Position numbers and translations under genes: made by a program
In this document: in pieces, positions 10,186-20,927 of the stretch
Numbering within the stretch: the first letter of the stretch is position 1
Layout of the letters: every line of letters begins with the position of its first letter
DNA from: Thermoplasmata archaeon
GTDB lineage: Archaea; Thermoplasmatota; Thermoplasmata; Lutacidiplasmatales; SKW197
Assembly: GCA_038874435.1 (NCBI GenBank)
Contig: JAVZCK010000008.1
Coordinates: 9,705-73,704, forward strand
Direction of reading: 5' to 3'
DNA length: 64,000 bases
Notes under the pieces: generated by a model
The model's input: only the letters and a program-made list of their open reading frames with translations
What the model was told of the DNA's origin: nothing
The model's database searches: none

Positions 10186-11943
10186 TTGATAATGGAAATA
10201 AATCCCTACGCTCTGCCTCCTGCAATCTCAATTGTGGTTCATCTGGTCTTTATTGCAGTTTTGTTGAAGAAGACAAAGGCAAAACAGATAATAAAAGCAT
10301 TTCTTCCCTTCTTCTCCTTTGCACTTCTCTGGGCAATTTCTGAGTTCGTAGTTCGTTCATTTGTTGTAACGCCAGATAACTATATGGGGGCATGGAGTTA
10401 TCCCTATGCTCTCTTTTTCGGAAAATTGACCTGCATTGCGGTCATCGGTATTTTCCTCACGGGTGTCTATCTCTCCTTCATATTTCCAATCAGAAAAATC
10501 ACACAGAAGGAAGAGAAATTGCTCGTAGCATTCATGATTGTCTCAATGGCAATTATTTCGCCTGTGATTTTATTCACGGATGCAATGGTAGAAAAAATGG
10601 TATATTACTGGGCGGGCTACGGGAACGACTTTGGGCCTCTCCTCACCTACCTCCTTTTCCCACTGTTTGTTTTTGTCGGTGTTCTATTCTACAATTTCAT
10701 TACATCTTACATTGATGCCCGAACCAAAATCGAAAGAGCCCAGATAAAATTAATTGCAATTGGCGCTGCAATCTTTGCAATCACAGCACTGCCTACAGGT
10801 GTTTTTAGTGAGTATTTGGAGAACAGTAATTTTCCGATTTATGGCGTTCCTTCTGGTACTTTCTACATTCTCTTTCTTGATGCGTTTGTGATGTATGCTG
10901 CAGTAAGATACAGATTGTTCACAGTAGAGGCAGTGGTGGAGGAAAAGCCGGAAGAGATTGCAGTGCCTGAAGCTGGTGTCGAAATTCAAGAGGGGGATGT
11001 TGTGCTTGTTAACTCTGTTGATGGTGAAAATGGATTTGAAATTTTTCGTGGAATTACCAATCGAATGCCAGGTTTTTGCATTACCACAAAACATCCAAAT
11101 GAGGTGAGAAAGAGTTTTGGGTTTACAAAAATTCCCATTATCTGGCTCTCGGAGATCACCTCAAAGGAAAATGTGATCGAGCCGATAAATCTGGATTTTG
11201 AAATTGCCTACCATGTTTTCAGTTTTGTCAGAGAAGGCGAGAAAAGAGCAGTTTACATGGACGATGTGGACTATTTGATCACCATCAATGGATTTGAGGC
11301 GGTGCTGGCTTTTCTCAGCGCTGCAGCTGAGGAATCCAGAAAAAGAAACTCAGTTCTTATTTTCTCAACATCCATGACTGGCTTGAGTGCGGAGCAGCAG
11401 CATCTTCTCAAGAAAATTGCAACAACCGAAATCTGGCAGGAAAAAAAGGGGAAGAGGATGCCAAGGGAAGCGTTCGGTGTGAAAGAGGGCTCCGCAATCC
11501 TTGTAGAAGCACTGAGCGAGCAAAGGGAGGCCATAAAATCAAAAATATCTGGCTATCGGATTCTTGGCGTTAGTGCCCACTTTCCTACAAAATTTAAACG
11601 GGGCTTTCCAGTAGGGACAGAAATGGATTGTATATGGATTACTGAAACCACGCACTACGAAAAGGCAATTTCTGCAAAAAAGATGGAATTTGAAGTTCTC
11701 AGGGAAATTCTGAACTTTATGCGAGGCAACGCAGGAAAAGGACTTGTTTACATTGATGCAATCCCAGCATTTCTTATCACAAATGAATTCGTGTCTGTGC
11801 TTAAATTCGTGAAGGACATTGTGGATTTTGCCCATGAGCATGGATGCAAGGTGGTCTTTGAAATTCCACCAGATTTGTTCAAGCCCTCTGAAAAATTCCT
11901 TTTTGAGCAGAGAATGGATATAATCTACACCAACGCAATTTAA
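10186..11943 (+). CDS. multi-pass membrane protein with two C-terminal DUF835-like domains
   Basis: 585 aa. About 7 N-terminal TM helices. Two repeated cytoplasmic modules containing D(V/A)DYLITINGFEAVLAFL and GLVYIDAIPAFLITNEFVSVLKFV. These resemble the archaeal DUF835 family as I recall it; family name not verified. Confidence 0.5.
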   Translation: MIMEINPYALPPAISIVVHLVFIAVLLKKTKAKQIIKAFLPFFSFALLWAISEFVVRSFVVTPDNYMGAWSYPYALFFGKLTCIAVIGIFLTGVYLSFIFPIRKITQKEEKLLVAFMIVSMAIISPVILFTDAMVEKMVYYWAGYGNDFGPLLTYLLFPLFVFVGVLFYNFITSYIDARTKIERAQIKLIAIGAAIFAITALPTGVFSEYLENSNFPIYGVPSGTFYILFLDAFVMYAAVRYRLFTVEAVVEEKPEEIAVPEAGVEIQEGDVVLVNSVDGENGFEIFRGITNRMPGFCITTKHPNEVRKSFGFTKIPIIWLSEITSKENVIEPINLDFEIAYHVFSFVREGEKRAVYMDDVDYLITINGFEAVLAFLSAAAEESRKRNSVLIFSTSMTGLSAEQQHLLKKIATTEIWQEKKGKRMPREAFGVKEGSAILVEALSEQREAIKSKISGYRILGVSAHFPTKFKRGFPVGTEMDCIWITETTHYEKAISAKKMEFEVLREILNFMRGNAGKGLVYIDAIPAFLITNEFVSVLKFVKDIVDFAHEHGCKVVFEIPPDLFKPSEKFLFEQRMDIIYTNAI

Positions 11944-11953
11944 TCTTTCATTC

Positions 11954-13180
11954 TCACCTTCTCAGATGTTTGTGGCAGAGCATGAAGGCATCGATTCCAG
12001 CTCTCACCTCGTCCCTCAAATTATTTCCATACACATTTCTTGTACCAATGAATAGGTTTCTTAGTGGGGTCTGGGGTAGCTTCTTGTAGTAAGGCAAAGG
12101 CACATCTACAACCATGTGCTCTATTGTCTCCACATTAGACCAGAAGTTAGGATAGGCCCTGGCCATCACAACCCTAAACTTTCTAATTACATTCTCCACA
12201 TTTTTTGATTTCTCATCGTTTCCAATAAAATACCGCCAGTATGTGGTTGCTCTTCCACCTGCTTCGAAGCCCTCATTGGAAGGCGAGAAACCAAATAGAG
12301 GGGCTTCCTCAAACAGGAGAGGAGTGGCTGCTCCGAAAATTTTTTCCTTCAACACAATTTTCACATCTAGACATTTAGTACGCAATCCTGCATATTCCTT
12401 AAGTACGGGATGTTCTAGCTCTTTCAAGAGGCCTGCTATTTCATATGGGGCAGTACTAAGCACAAAAAATTTTGCCTCGACAGATTTTTCGTCTAGAAAT
12501 GCGGCAATTGCTTTATCATTTTCAACACTTATTCTAGTGCATTCAGCATCGTAAACTATACCATCGCTCTCGTCATAGATTTCTGTTAGATCCATCATGA
12601 ATTGCTCAATGTTAGGCCTAATTGAATAAACCTCTGGGTAGACCTTCCTCAATTTGAACAAAGATGCGAAAAATGTGATGGCATCGATACCACTCCAAGG
12701 GATGCCAGTCGCAAAGGTCCCAACTGAGAGCAAATAACTGGTAGTATAACTATCATAATTCAGGGCCTCCAACAGGTCTCTCGCCGTGCAAATTTCTACT
12801 TTTTCTGGATCAAGCTGATTCAGTTTGATAAGGTTAATTGCAATCTTAAATCTATATGGGAGAGGAAGGTAGCTATATAGCAGCATCTGGTGGAATGAGA
12901 TGGGTAATCTGTAGCTTCTGTGGTCTCTGTATACAAACAGACCTTTTATTCTGCCAAGCCGAGCTGAGAATGAAAGCACATCGGCTAATTCGATCAGGGG
13001 TGTTGGTGAGCCAAGCCAGAGATTCCCGATCTCATGGAATCTTTTTTGTTCCCTTCTTACAAAACCCACATTTATTCCTTTTCTGGCCAAAAGTGCTGCA
13101 GTGATATGGGCAGAAAGAGTATTTCCTATCACAAGGACCTCATGCTCAATCATTCGCAACCTCCACAATGCGTAGCCCAC
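11954..13180 (-). CDS. hypothetical protein, Rossmann-like N-terminus (degenerate dinucleotide-binding motif)
   Basis: 408-aa ORF. After MIEHEVLVIGNTLSAHITAALLARKG the protein resembles an FAD/NAD-binding beta-alpha-beta start, but GxGxxG is not intact. Last gene of a three-gene overlapping operon. Confidence 0.4.
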   Translation of the reverse strand: MGYALWRLRMIEHEVLVIGNTLSAHITAALLARKGINVGFVRREQKRFHEIGNLWLGSPTPLIELADVLSFSARLGRIKGLFVYRDHRSYRLPISFHQMLLYSYLPLPYRFKIAINLIKLNQLDPEKVEICTARDLLEALNYDSYTTSYLLSVGTFATGIPWSGIDAITFFASLFKLRKVYPEVYSIRPNIEQFMMDLTEIYDESDGIVYDAECTRISVENDKAIAAFLDEKSVEAKFFVLSTAPYEIAGLLKELEHPVLKEYAGLRTKCLDVKIVLKEKIFGAATPLLFEEAPLFGFSPSNEGFEAGGRATTYWRYFIGNDEKSKNVENVIRKFRVVMARAYPNFWSNVETIEHMVVDVPLPYYKKLPQTPLRNLFIGTRNVYGNNLRDEVRAGIDAFMLCHKHLRR

Positions 13181-13799
13181 CCATATCGATTTCCAGCATT
13201 TCTAGATTTGAATGCGTAATAGGTTCAACGGGTAGCACGGAGAAACCCCTTCTATCCTCACCAATTCCCCAGAATAAGCTTTGTTCCAGAAGTTCCTTTC
13301 TTTCCTCATGAAATTTTGATTTAGCCCTCCAGTTTGTAAGGATTTTGCTGAAAGAATGGAAGTCTTTAGAAAGTGCGTGCCTTATAAGGTCTATCTGATG
13401 TTTTTTAGGCATTTCTTTGTTTGCTGCACAGTCGTACAATTGTTTCTCTAGTTCAAACAAAACAAGACCATAACCCTTAGGCAAATCATTCCATACTGTC
13501 AGAATCTCGTCGTCTAGCATCCACACAATTCCTCCATAGAGAGCACAAGCACACTCAACACTCTCCGGGTTCACTTTTTTTCTAATCACTCCAAGGTCCT
13601 TTGTTGTATCAAGCAAACTTAGGTATTGGATACCCACAGATATGGTCTCGTCTGTATTATACAGTCCTTTTCTAATCTTAAATTCATCAAAATTATTTTT
13701 TTCAATAATCGCATAACTAGCAACTGTGATTCCACACTTTATCCTTCCAGACAAAACTCTGTAACACCCGGGGACAAAGAGTTTGGTAATATCCTTCAT
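13146..13799 (-). CDS. hypothetical protein
   Basis: 217-aa ORF overlapping its neighbours (operon). No recognisable motif. Confidence 0.4.
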   Translation of the reverse strand: MKDITKLFVPGCYRVLSGRIKCGITVASYAIIEKNNFDEFKIRKGLYNTDETISVGIQYLSLLDTTKDLGVIRKKVNPESVECACALYGGIVWMLDDEILTVWNDLPKGYGLVLFELEKQLYDCAANKEMPKKHQIDLIRHALSKDFHSFSKILTNWRAKSKFHEERKELLEQSLFWGIGEDRRGFSVLPVEPITHSNLEMLEIDMGGLRIVEVAND

Positions 13800-15076
13800 T
13801 CACGAATCCTCTTCCAGGATTCCTCGAACAACCTCCTGAACTCAGGGTCCAGTGCAATCCTCGGGTCAATTTTTTCATTATGCCATGGAGGCGGGAAATC
13901 TTCCCATTTCTCAATCCCATAGTTTTCTGTATATCTGAGAAAGATTTTTCCGTTTTCAGTGAGAGATTTGTCCTTTACAAGTTTTAATGCATCGTAAAAT
14001 TCAGCTAGATTAGCGCATACATCCTTTCCTGCATCAATTTTTCTTAGGTTTTCTGCATCGTCCATGTTTAAAATTGTAAGGTAGAGATTCAATGGTTGAA
14101 GTTCAACTTTGAACTTGCACTCCTTTTTTCCTTCACTTATGCAAGCGGTTTCTTCAACACTTGCAGAGATTCCAAAACATTCTGAGAAAATTCTGTAGAA
14201 GAAGTGGCTTAGGACAAAGCATGACTTTGCGCCCCTAGGTGCAATGTATATGTCAGGCACAGTATTGTTTTTCACAGAGATAATAAACTTAAAAGGCGAG
14301 AAGTCCTCAATCTCAATCTCGCCTATGCCCATTTTCTTAATGTAATATCTGAGGAACTCAAAAAGTTCTGATTTAGTGGGTTTTTCAAAGAATTTGCGGA
14401 GTTCCTTTCTAGGTACACGTGTTGTTTTTATCAAATGCCGCATTTTCGCTTCCAAAACTATACTCATTCCAAACATCTTTGCCGCTTCAGGGAATGTAAA
14501 CTGGGCTTTAGGTTCGCCTACTGCCATTACAGAGCTCTCCCGCTCTTTCAAAAACTTTATTCCTTTTGGTGTCAGATTACTTTCTGCATCAATATACCCT
14601 TTCTGCTGAAGGGTAGCAATTGCCTCTTTAAGTTCATTCCCGAAAGTCGCCAATAGAAACTCTTGGGTTTTCTTATTTCGCACATTCAGATATAGAAGAA
14701 GAACGAGCCCCCGCTCAACTTGAGTCAACGGTTGCTCTAGTTTTGTCTCCTTTCCAGTCATCACAATAAGGGCGCACCTTAATGCCGAAATTAGAAGTTC
14801 CGGTCCTCGAAGAAGTGCGTAGCCAAACTCTCCCTTCTTTGTAGAGTATCCAATTGCAATACAGCCCTTTCGGACACGTAGTTCTTGGGTCTCTGGAATT
14901 GCATGGATTTCGGTTATGCTTTCTATCGGGATGATTGCATGTTTTTGTTCAAATGAAAATATGAGTTCTTTGCTCGTGAGAGTGAAAGTAGTATCAATCC
15001 ATCCAGTATCTACATATTCTGGGCTCTCACGATACGGAATCACTTCAAGGTTGAGTACTCCCAGTTTTTCTCGCAT
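13796..15076 (-). CDS. hypothetical regulator-like protein with central winged-helix and C-terminal V4R-like domain
   Basis: 426 aa. Central segment LTQVERGLVLLLYLNVRNKKTQEFLLATFGNELKEAIATLQQKGYI looks wHTH (MarR/TrmB-like). The C-terminal segment carries several conserved Cys (CFVLSHFFYRIFSECFGISASVEETACISEGKKECKFKV), resembling V4R small-molecule-binding domains. Confidence 0.45.
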   Translation of the reverse strand: MREKLGVLNLEVIPYRESPEYVDTGWIDTTFTLTSKELIFSFEQKHAIIPIESITEIHAIPETQELRVRKGCIAIGYSTKKGEFGYALLRGPELLISALRCALIVMTGKETKLEQPLTQVERGLVLLLYLNVRNKKTQEFLLATFGNELKEAIATLQQKGYIDAESNLTPKGIKFLKERESSVMAVGEPKAQFTFPEAAKMFGMSIVLEAKMRHLIKTTRVPRKELRKFFEKPTKSELFEFLRYYIKKMGIGEIEIEDFSPFKFIISVKNNTVPDIYIAPRGAKSCFVLSHFFYRIFSECFGISASVEETACISEGKKECKFKVELQPLNLYLTILNMDDAENLRKIDAGKDVCANLAEFYDALKLVKDKSLTENGKIFLRYTENYGIEKWEDFPPPWHNEKIDPRIALDPEFRRLFEESWKRIRE

Positions 15077-15200
15077 AATCTTTACCTCTCATATATGATA
15101 AGAGGTATAAGAATTCCAAGAATTTAAAAATTACCTCACAATTGAAAATTGCCAAAAAGATTAAATCCCATGGAGATAATGTAGGGAGAGCTGTGATTGA

Positions 15201-16388
15201 ATGCAGGCAGTAATTCTCGCTGCTGGGTATGGAAAGAGGTTGTGGCCTTTCTCTGAAGAAATCCCAAAGCCGATGCTCCCCATTGCAAACAAGCCCCTGA
15301 TGGAACATCTTATAGAGGCGCTCGTAGTAAATGGCATAAAGGACATTATAGTTGTGGTTGGGTATAAAAAAGAACGAATTTTAAGCTATTTTCAAGATGG
15401 AAAAAGGTGGAATGCAAGCATAAGATATGTGGTTCAAAACCAACAACTGGGCACTGCCCATGCCCTGTATCAGGCAAAGAATCTGATAAAAGAGGAATTC
15501 TTGCTTCTGCCAGGCGATAACATAGTCCTTCCAAACGCGATTGCTAGCATCCGTGATACGAAGGGAAATGCGGTATTGCTCACAGAATGCGACGAACCCT
15601 CTGAGTATGGAGTGGCTTATGTTTCAGGCAAAATTCTTAAAACAATCGTGGAAAAACCCGCAATGCCGGACTACAACATAATAAGCACCTCAATTTTCAA
15701 GTTAGACCCCAGTGTTTTTGATGAAATTGAGAGATGCCTTGCAGTCAGCAGGTACGAGTTGAGTGACCTCATTAGAGAATGTGCAGTCAAACGCGAAATC
15801 ACTGCAGTTACCCTTTCTAGCATCTGGAAGGATGTGATGTATCCGTGGTCAATTGTGGATGTCAATGCAATGGCTGCAGCCCAGATAAGGGAGAGAATTG
15901 CCGGTACAGTGGACAGCACTGCAATAATCCGTGGAAAGGTGAACATAGGAGAGGATACAGTAATCTATCCTGGCACATGTATCAATGGCCCTGTTATAAT
16001 CGGTTCTGGGTGTGAAATTGGACCTTCTGTGGTGATTCTGCCTTATACCTCCATTGGAAACAATGTCAGAATTGCACCATTTTCAATGATTGAAAACACA
16101 GTTGTGCTGGATAATTCTACAATAGGTCCGCATTCGACGCTGCAGTCGTGTGTAATTGGAGAAGGTACAACCATTGAGTCCGAACTCAAGGGCTTGCATG
16201 GTGATGCCACAGTTGAGGTGGAAGGAAAACTTGTAAAAATTAAGCACATTGGTGGAATCATTGGTGCCAGATGCAGTGTTCAACATGGTGTTTACATGAA
16301 GCCAGGGACACTTGTCGGCAATGACTGTAAGATACATGCAAACGCACAGATTTCTGGGCGAATCCCATCCAAGGCTGTGGTGATGTGA
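15201..16388 (+). CDS. GlmU-like bifunctional sugar-1-phosphate nucleotidylyltransferase/acetyltransferase
   Basis: N-terminal nucleotidyltransferase motif (ILAAGYGKRLWP...KPMLPI). C-terminal left-handed beta-helix hexapeptide repeats. Immediately upstream of glmS. Confidence 0.85.
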   Translation: MQAVILAAGYGKRLWPFSEEIPKPMLPIANKPLMEHLIEALVVNGIKDIIVVVGYKKERILSYFQDGKRWNASIRYVVQNQQLGTAHALYQAKNLIKEEFLLLPGDNIVLPNAIASIRDTKGNAVLLTECDEPSEYGVAYVSGKILKTIVEKPAMPDYNIISTSIFKLDPSVFDEIERCLAVSRYELSDLIRECAVKREITAVTLSSIWKDVMYPWSIVDVNAMAAAQIRERIAGTVDSTAIIRGKVNIGEDTVIYPGTCINGPVIIGSGCEIGPSVVILPYTSIGNNVRIAPFSMIENTVVLDNSTIGPHSTLQSCVIGEGTTIESELKGLHGDATVEVEGKLVKIKHIGGIIGARCSVQHGVYMKPGTLVGNDCKIHANAQISGRIPSKAVVM

Positions 16389-16389
16389 A

Positions 16390-18180
16390 ATGTGTGGAAT
16401 AATTGGTTATGTGGGAAGGAACAACTGCATGCCAATAATATTTGATATGCTTAAACGTCTGGAGTACAGAGGGTATGATTCCGCAGGCATCTCGGTAATC
16501 TCAGATTCCAATCTCTACCTGATGAAGGATAAGGGCACGGTCGATGCTCTAAGAAGTGTTGTGGAATTTGTGGATTGCAACATTGGGATTGGACATACAA
16601 GATGGGCCACCTGCGGTGCACCTTTGAAACACAATGCCCATCCATTTATGGATTGCAAAAAAGAGCTTGCTCTTGCTCATAACGGGATAATTGAAAATTA
16701 CAAGGAATTAAGGGATTCTCTAATGCGTGAAGGTCATGTTTTCACATCCGAGACAGATTCTGAAGTGATTGTTCATCTGGTTGAAAAATACTATACTGGC
16801 AACAATTTGATTGATGCAGTGCGAACTGCACTCCAGCATCTTAAGGGAAGTTATGCAATCGTTGTGCTTGATAGAAAAAGCAAGAAAATAGTAGGTGCAA
16901 GACATGAAAGCCCACTAGTGCTGGGTATTGGAAAAAACGAAATTTTTCTCTCATCTGACATACCTGGCTTTCTTCAGCACACAAACAAAGTGGTGTATCT
17001 GAATGATAATGAGATTGTTGAAATTTCAGAGGAGGGTTATCGGGTTTTTGACTTCAATGGCAACACTCTTCAGAAAGAGGTAAATGAAGTTTCTTGGAGT
17101 ATAGAGGATGCAGAAAAGGGTGGGTTTGAACATTACATGCTGAAGGAAATCTACGAGATTCCCAAGGCAGTCCAGGACACATTGAGAAGTCGAATTGATT
17201 CTAGAATCGCAGAGCTTGATTTTAATGAATTTGAAAGGATTTTGTTGATTGGGTGCGGTACATCCTATCATGCCGCCCTGTATGGGAAATACCTCTTTGA
17301 GAATTTATTGAAGGTACCAACTCAGGCAGAAATTTCCTCTGAAATTCGCAATTCTACTCTGGCAATGTCAGACACCCTCGCATTTTTCATCACCCAGAGT
17401 GGTGAGACCGCAGACACACTTGCTGCAGCAAGAAACTTAAGAAAGTTAGGGGCCACAACCTGCGCAATCACAAACGTGGTTGGTAGTTCAATCACTAGAG
17501 AGACAGATGCTGTATTCTACACCCATGCTGGCCCTGAGATAAGTGTTGCAGCCACAAAAACATTTGTTTCCCAAATCACTGCACTCTACATGCTTGCAGT
17601 CGACATTGGAGAGGTGCGGAGTGAAATTTCCACAAGTGCAAGAACAAACTTGAGAAATGCGCTGAGAGTTCTCCCCTCTGAGCTTCAGAAAGTTCTTGAC
17701 AATGCCGAACCAATAAAAAATGTGAGTAAAGAGCTTGCAAAATATGAAAATGCCTTTTACATAGGGCGTGGATACAATTATCCGATTGCACTGGAGGGGG
17801 CTCTTAAACTCAAGGAAATTTCTTACATTCATGCTGAGGGCTATCCTGCTGGAGAGCTGAAGCACGGGCCACTCGCCCTCCTTTGTGAGAAGGTGCCAGT
17901 AGTTGCCATTGCCACCTATGACGAACTCTATTCTAAGATGATTGGAAACATAGCCGAAGTGAAGGCTAGAAACTCACCAGTCATACTCTTCTCCACAGAA
18001 AACCACGAAGAGGCAAAGGAACTTGCGGACTTTGTTGTTGAAATTCCAGACAATCACCAGATAATCACACCTGCACTTACAGTAACTGCCCTCCAGTTAA
18101 TGGCATACTTTGTTGCGAGGGAGCGGAACTGCCCAATAGATAAGCCGAGAAATCTAGCAAAGAGCGTTACAGTGGAGTGA
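16390..18180 (+). CDS. glmS: glutamine--fructose-6-phosphate aminotransferase (isomerising)
   Basis: 596 aa. N-terminal MCGIIGYVG with catalytic Cys2 (Ntn amidotransferase). Two SIS domains. C-terminal ...KSVTVE. Confidence 0.95.
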   Translation: MCGIIGYVGRNNCMPIIFDMLKRLEYRGYDSAGISVISDSNLYLMKDKGTVDALRSVVEFVDCNIGIGHTRWATCGAPLKHNAHPFMDCKKELALAHNGIIENYKELRDSLMREGHVFTSETDSEVIVHLVEKYYTGNNLIDAVRTALQHLKGSYAIVVLDRKSKKIVGARHESPLVLGIGKNEIFLSSDIPGFLQHTNKVVYLNDNEIVEISEEGYRVFDFNGNTLQKEVNEVSWSIEDAEKGGFEHYMLKEIYEIPKAVQDTLRSRIDSRIAELDFNEFERILLIGCGTSYHAALYGKYLFENLLKVPTQAEISSEIRNSTLAMSDTLAFFITQSGETADTLAAARNLRKLGATTCAITNVVGSSITRETDAVFYTHAGPEISVAATKTFVSQITALYMLAVDIGEVRSEISTSARTNLRNALRVLPSELQKVLDNAEPIKNVSKELAKYENAFYIGRGYNYPIALEGALKLKEISYIHAEGYPAGELKHGPLALLCEKVPVVAIATYDELYSKMIGNIAEVKARNSPVILFSTENHEEAKELADFVVEIPDNHQIITPALTVTALQLMAYFVARERNCPIDKPRNLAKSVTVE

Positions 18181-18206
18181 ACTCTGCGTTGGCAAAATGC
18201 CAGATA

Positions 18207-18227
18207 CGAAAAGTGAAACTTTAAATA
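18207..18227 (+). promoter_or_regulatory. putative archaeal rRNA promoter (BRE + TATA box)
   Basis: Purine-rich cgaaaagtgaaa followed by tttaaata. Lies about 110-140 nt upstream of the processing stem and the mature 23S 5' end. Confidence 0.4.
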
Positions 18228-18334
18228 CAAGTTCTTATATAACTTATTCCTGCTCATTTATGATGCACCCTTGGATGAAAGTTCAAGGGGAAGATGGTGA
18301 AGACGAGAAATTCGTCTGTGATACCGCTCATAGG

Positions 18335-18367
18335 CATGTGGGACTGGACTGTTGGCAGATGTGTCGC
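18335..18367 (+). other. 5' arm of 23S rRNA processing stem
   Basis: catgtgggactggactgttggcagatgtgtcgc is near-perfectly complementary to 21391-21424 (gcgatacatttgccagtcaaacagtcccatgtg). It brackets the mature 23S sequence. Confidence 0.7.
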
Positions 18368-20285
18368 TTGCTGCTGACTCCGCCACTTGGGGGATGGTCT
18401 GGCTTGTCCACCGAAGAAGGGCGTGCCAAGCTGCGATAAGCTGTGGGTAGGCGCATGGAGCCTTTGATCCACAGATGCCTGAATGGGACTTCCTGCCGCA
18501 AGGCGGTCAGTAATGACCGGGAACCCCCCGAAGTAAAGCATTTTAGTAGGGGGAGGAAAAGAAACCAATAGGGATTCCCTTAGTAAAGGCGATCGAAGAG
18601 GGAAAAGAGCAAACCGAATCCGCCCAGAAATGGAGCGGAGATGTGGAGTTTGGACCTCCGTACTTCTTCGCTTCCTGACCCGAAGTTCCCTGGAACGGGA
18701 CGCCATAGAGGGTGATAGCCCTGTAGGGGAAGGGAAGAAAGAAGATTGGAGGTATCCAGAGTACCATGCGTTGGATATCGCGTGGGAATACGGGAGGCAC
18801 AAACTTCCAACTCTAAATATGTGACAAGTCCGATAGTGGATATAGTAGTGTGAACGAACACTGAAAAGCACCCTTGACGGGGAGTGAAAAGTGCCTGAAA
18901 CCAGGTGGCTATAAGCCGAGACGGCGGGAAAGCGTAATGCACCGTCGTCACGTCCGTGCTGAAAAACGGGCCAGGGAGTTCCGATCAGCGGCGAGGTTAA
19001 GCAGGTTAACTGCGTAGCCGGAGCGAAAGCAAAAGTCCGCAACCCGCAAGGGTGAGGGACTGGGTGTGTTCGCCCGGAGTCGCTGGTGGGAGACCCGAAG
19101 CCGGCAGATCTATCCCTGGGTAGGTTGAAGCCCTCCGAAAGGGGGGTGGAGGACCGAACCGGTGCTGACGTGCAAATCGTTCGGATGACCTGGGGATAGG
19201 GGTGAAAGGCCAATCTAGGCCGGGAATGGCTGGTTCCTCCCGAAACTACTCGCAGGTAGACCTCGCCAGAGAGCGTTCGTGATGTAGAGTGACTGATTAG
19301 GTGCTTAGGGCTCGAAAGGGCTCGGCATCTTATCAAACTCCGAAGTTGCGAACCTCGTAGAAGGCGGGAGTGAGGGCCACAGGGGTAAGCCCGTGGTGCA
19401 AAAGGGAATGCAACCCAGCCCTGAGTTAAGGTCCCTAAATGCTGGCTAAGTGTTATGAGAAAGGGCGTCTCATGACTAAAACAACTGGGAGGTTGGCTTA
19501 GAAGCAGCCATCCTTTAAAGAGTGCGTAACAGCTCACCAGTCGAGTCATGGGGCCTCGAAAATGAACGGGGCTAAAGCCAGCTACCGATACTCAGGAGCA
19601 CCGAATAGGTGATCTAGTAGGGAGGTGTCGAGTGTGGGTAGAAGTAAGGGCGTGAGCTCTTATGGACCGCACTCGAATACGGATCCTGGGAGGAGTAGCA
19701 GCAAAGAGGGGTGAGAACCCCCTCCGCCGAAGGGGCAAGGGTTCCTCGACAATGTCCGTCAGTCGAGGGTTAGTCGGTCCTAAGGATGCGCTTAATCGCA
19801 GCATCCGAAAGGGAAGCAGGTTAATATTCCTGCACTGCAGTGTTAAAGCCCTATGCCTGACGCATCGCGGTAGTCCAAGCATCCTTGCCAGGATGTCTAA
19901 GCGTATTAAGGACGGGGAGTGCCGTAATGGCGAGAACCGTCCCAAAGCGTGATGGGGTTCCCGTAGGGGGACTTTGGATGATCCGTGGTGCCAGTGAAAA
20001 GGGTATAGGGGCAAACTGCAACCGTACCTAGAACTGACACAGGTGCCCCTGGGTGAGAAGCCCAAGGCGTGTCGGCGAGAATTCGAGCGAGGGAATTCGG
20101 CAAATTAGCCCCGTAACTTCGGGATAAGGGGTGCCAGCCTAGAGATAGGCTGGTCGCAGTGACAAGGGCGCTCCGACTGTTTAATAAAAACATAGATGGC
20201 CGCAAGACCGAAAAGGTTCTGTATGGCCGTTGAAGCCTGCCCAGTGCCGGTATCTGAACACCCGTTCCAACGGGACGAAGGACCG

Positions 20286-20317
<32 letters not shown>

Positions 20318-20384
20318 CCCTTTTTCTGCTCGCTCCGCTTCGCTGAAAAAGCGTTGACGGAAAATGTGGAAAAAAGGGGGAGAT
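20318..20384 (+). other. about 67-nt insertion in 23S domain IV (3' of H69, about E. coli position 1927-1929); putative mini-intron or expansion element
   Basis: The universally conserved CUUAA|GGUAGCG is interrupted. The insert is closed by an inverted repeat (CCCUUUUU...AAAAAAGGGGG). It shares an 18-nt core AAAAGCGUUGACGGAAAA with the second insertion. Confidence 0.6.
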
Positions 20385-20927
20385 AGGTAGCGTAATACCT
20401 TGTCGCTTAATTGGCGACTTGCATGAAGGCCCAACGAGAGCGCTACTGTCCCCGCTCGGAAGCCGGCGAAACTGACTTACTGGCGAACAGTCCAGTATCC
20501 TCCACCTGAAAGCGAAGACCCCGTGGAGCTTTACTGCAGCCTGTGGTTGTGATACGGTTCTGGATGTGTAGTGTAGGCGGGACCCGTTACAAAGGGCCTG
20601 TCGCTAGGCAGGTACCGAGGGGCCGATGAAACACCGCCCTTCTGGAATCGTACCACTAACTTCCTTCGGGGAGGACACCCATAGGTAGGCAGTTTGGGTG
20701 GGGCGCCACGCCCTCAAAAAGATAACAAGGGCCCCCAAAGGTCGGCTCAGGTAGGTCAGAAATCTACCGTAGAGTGCAAGGGCATAAGCCGGCTTGACGC
20801 TGTTGCGCCCAACGAGCAACAGCGATGCGAAAGCAGGGCCTAGCGAACTACTCAACCTCCTTTGTGGGGGTGAGTAATAAGAGAAAAGTTACCCCGGGGA
20901 TAACTGAGTCGTCTCCAGCAAGAGTTC

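Noticed and set aside
11954-13180. Annotation of the 408-aa protein as an FAD-dependent oxidoreductase
   Set aside because: The GxGxxG dinucleotide-binding fingerprint is not intact (VIGNTLSA). Downgraded to hypothetical.
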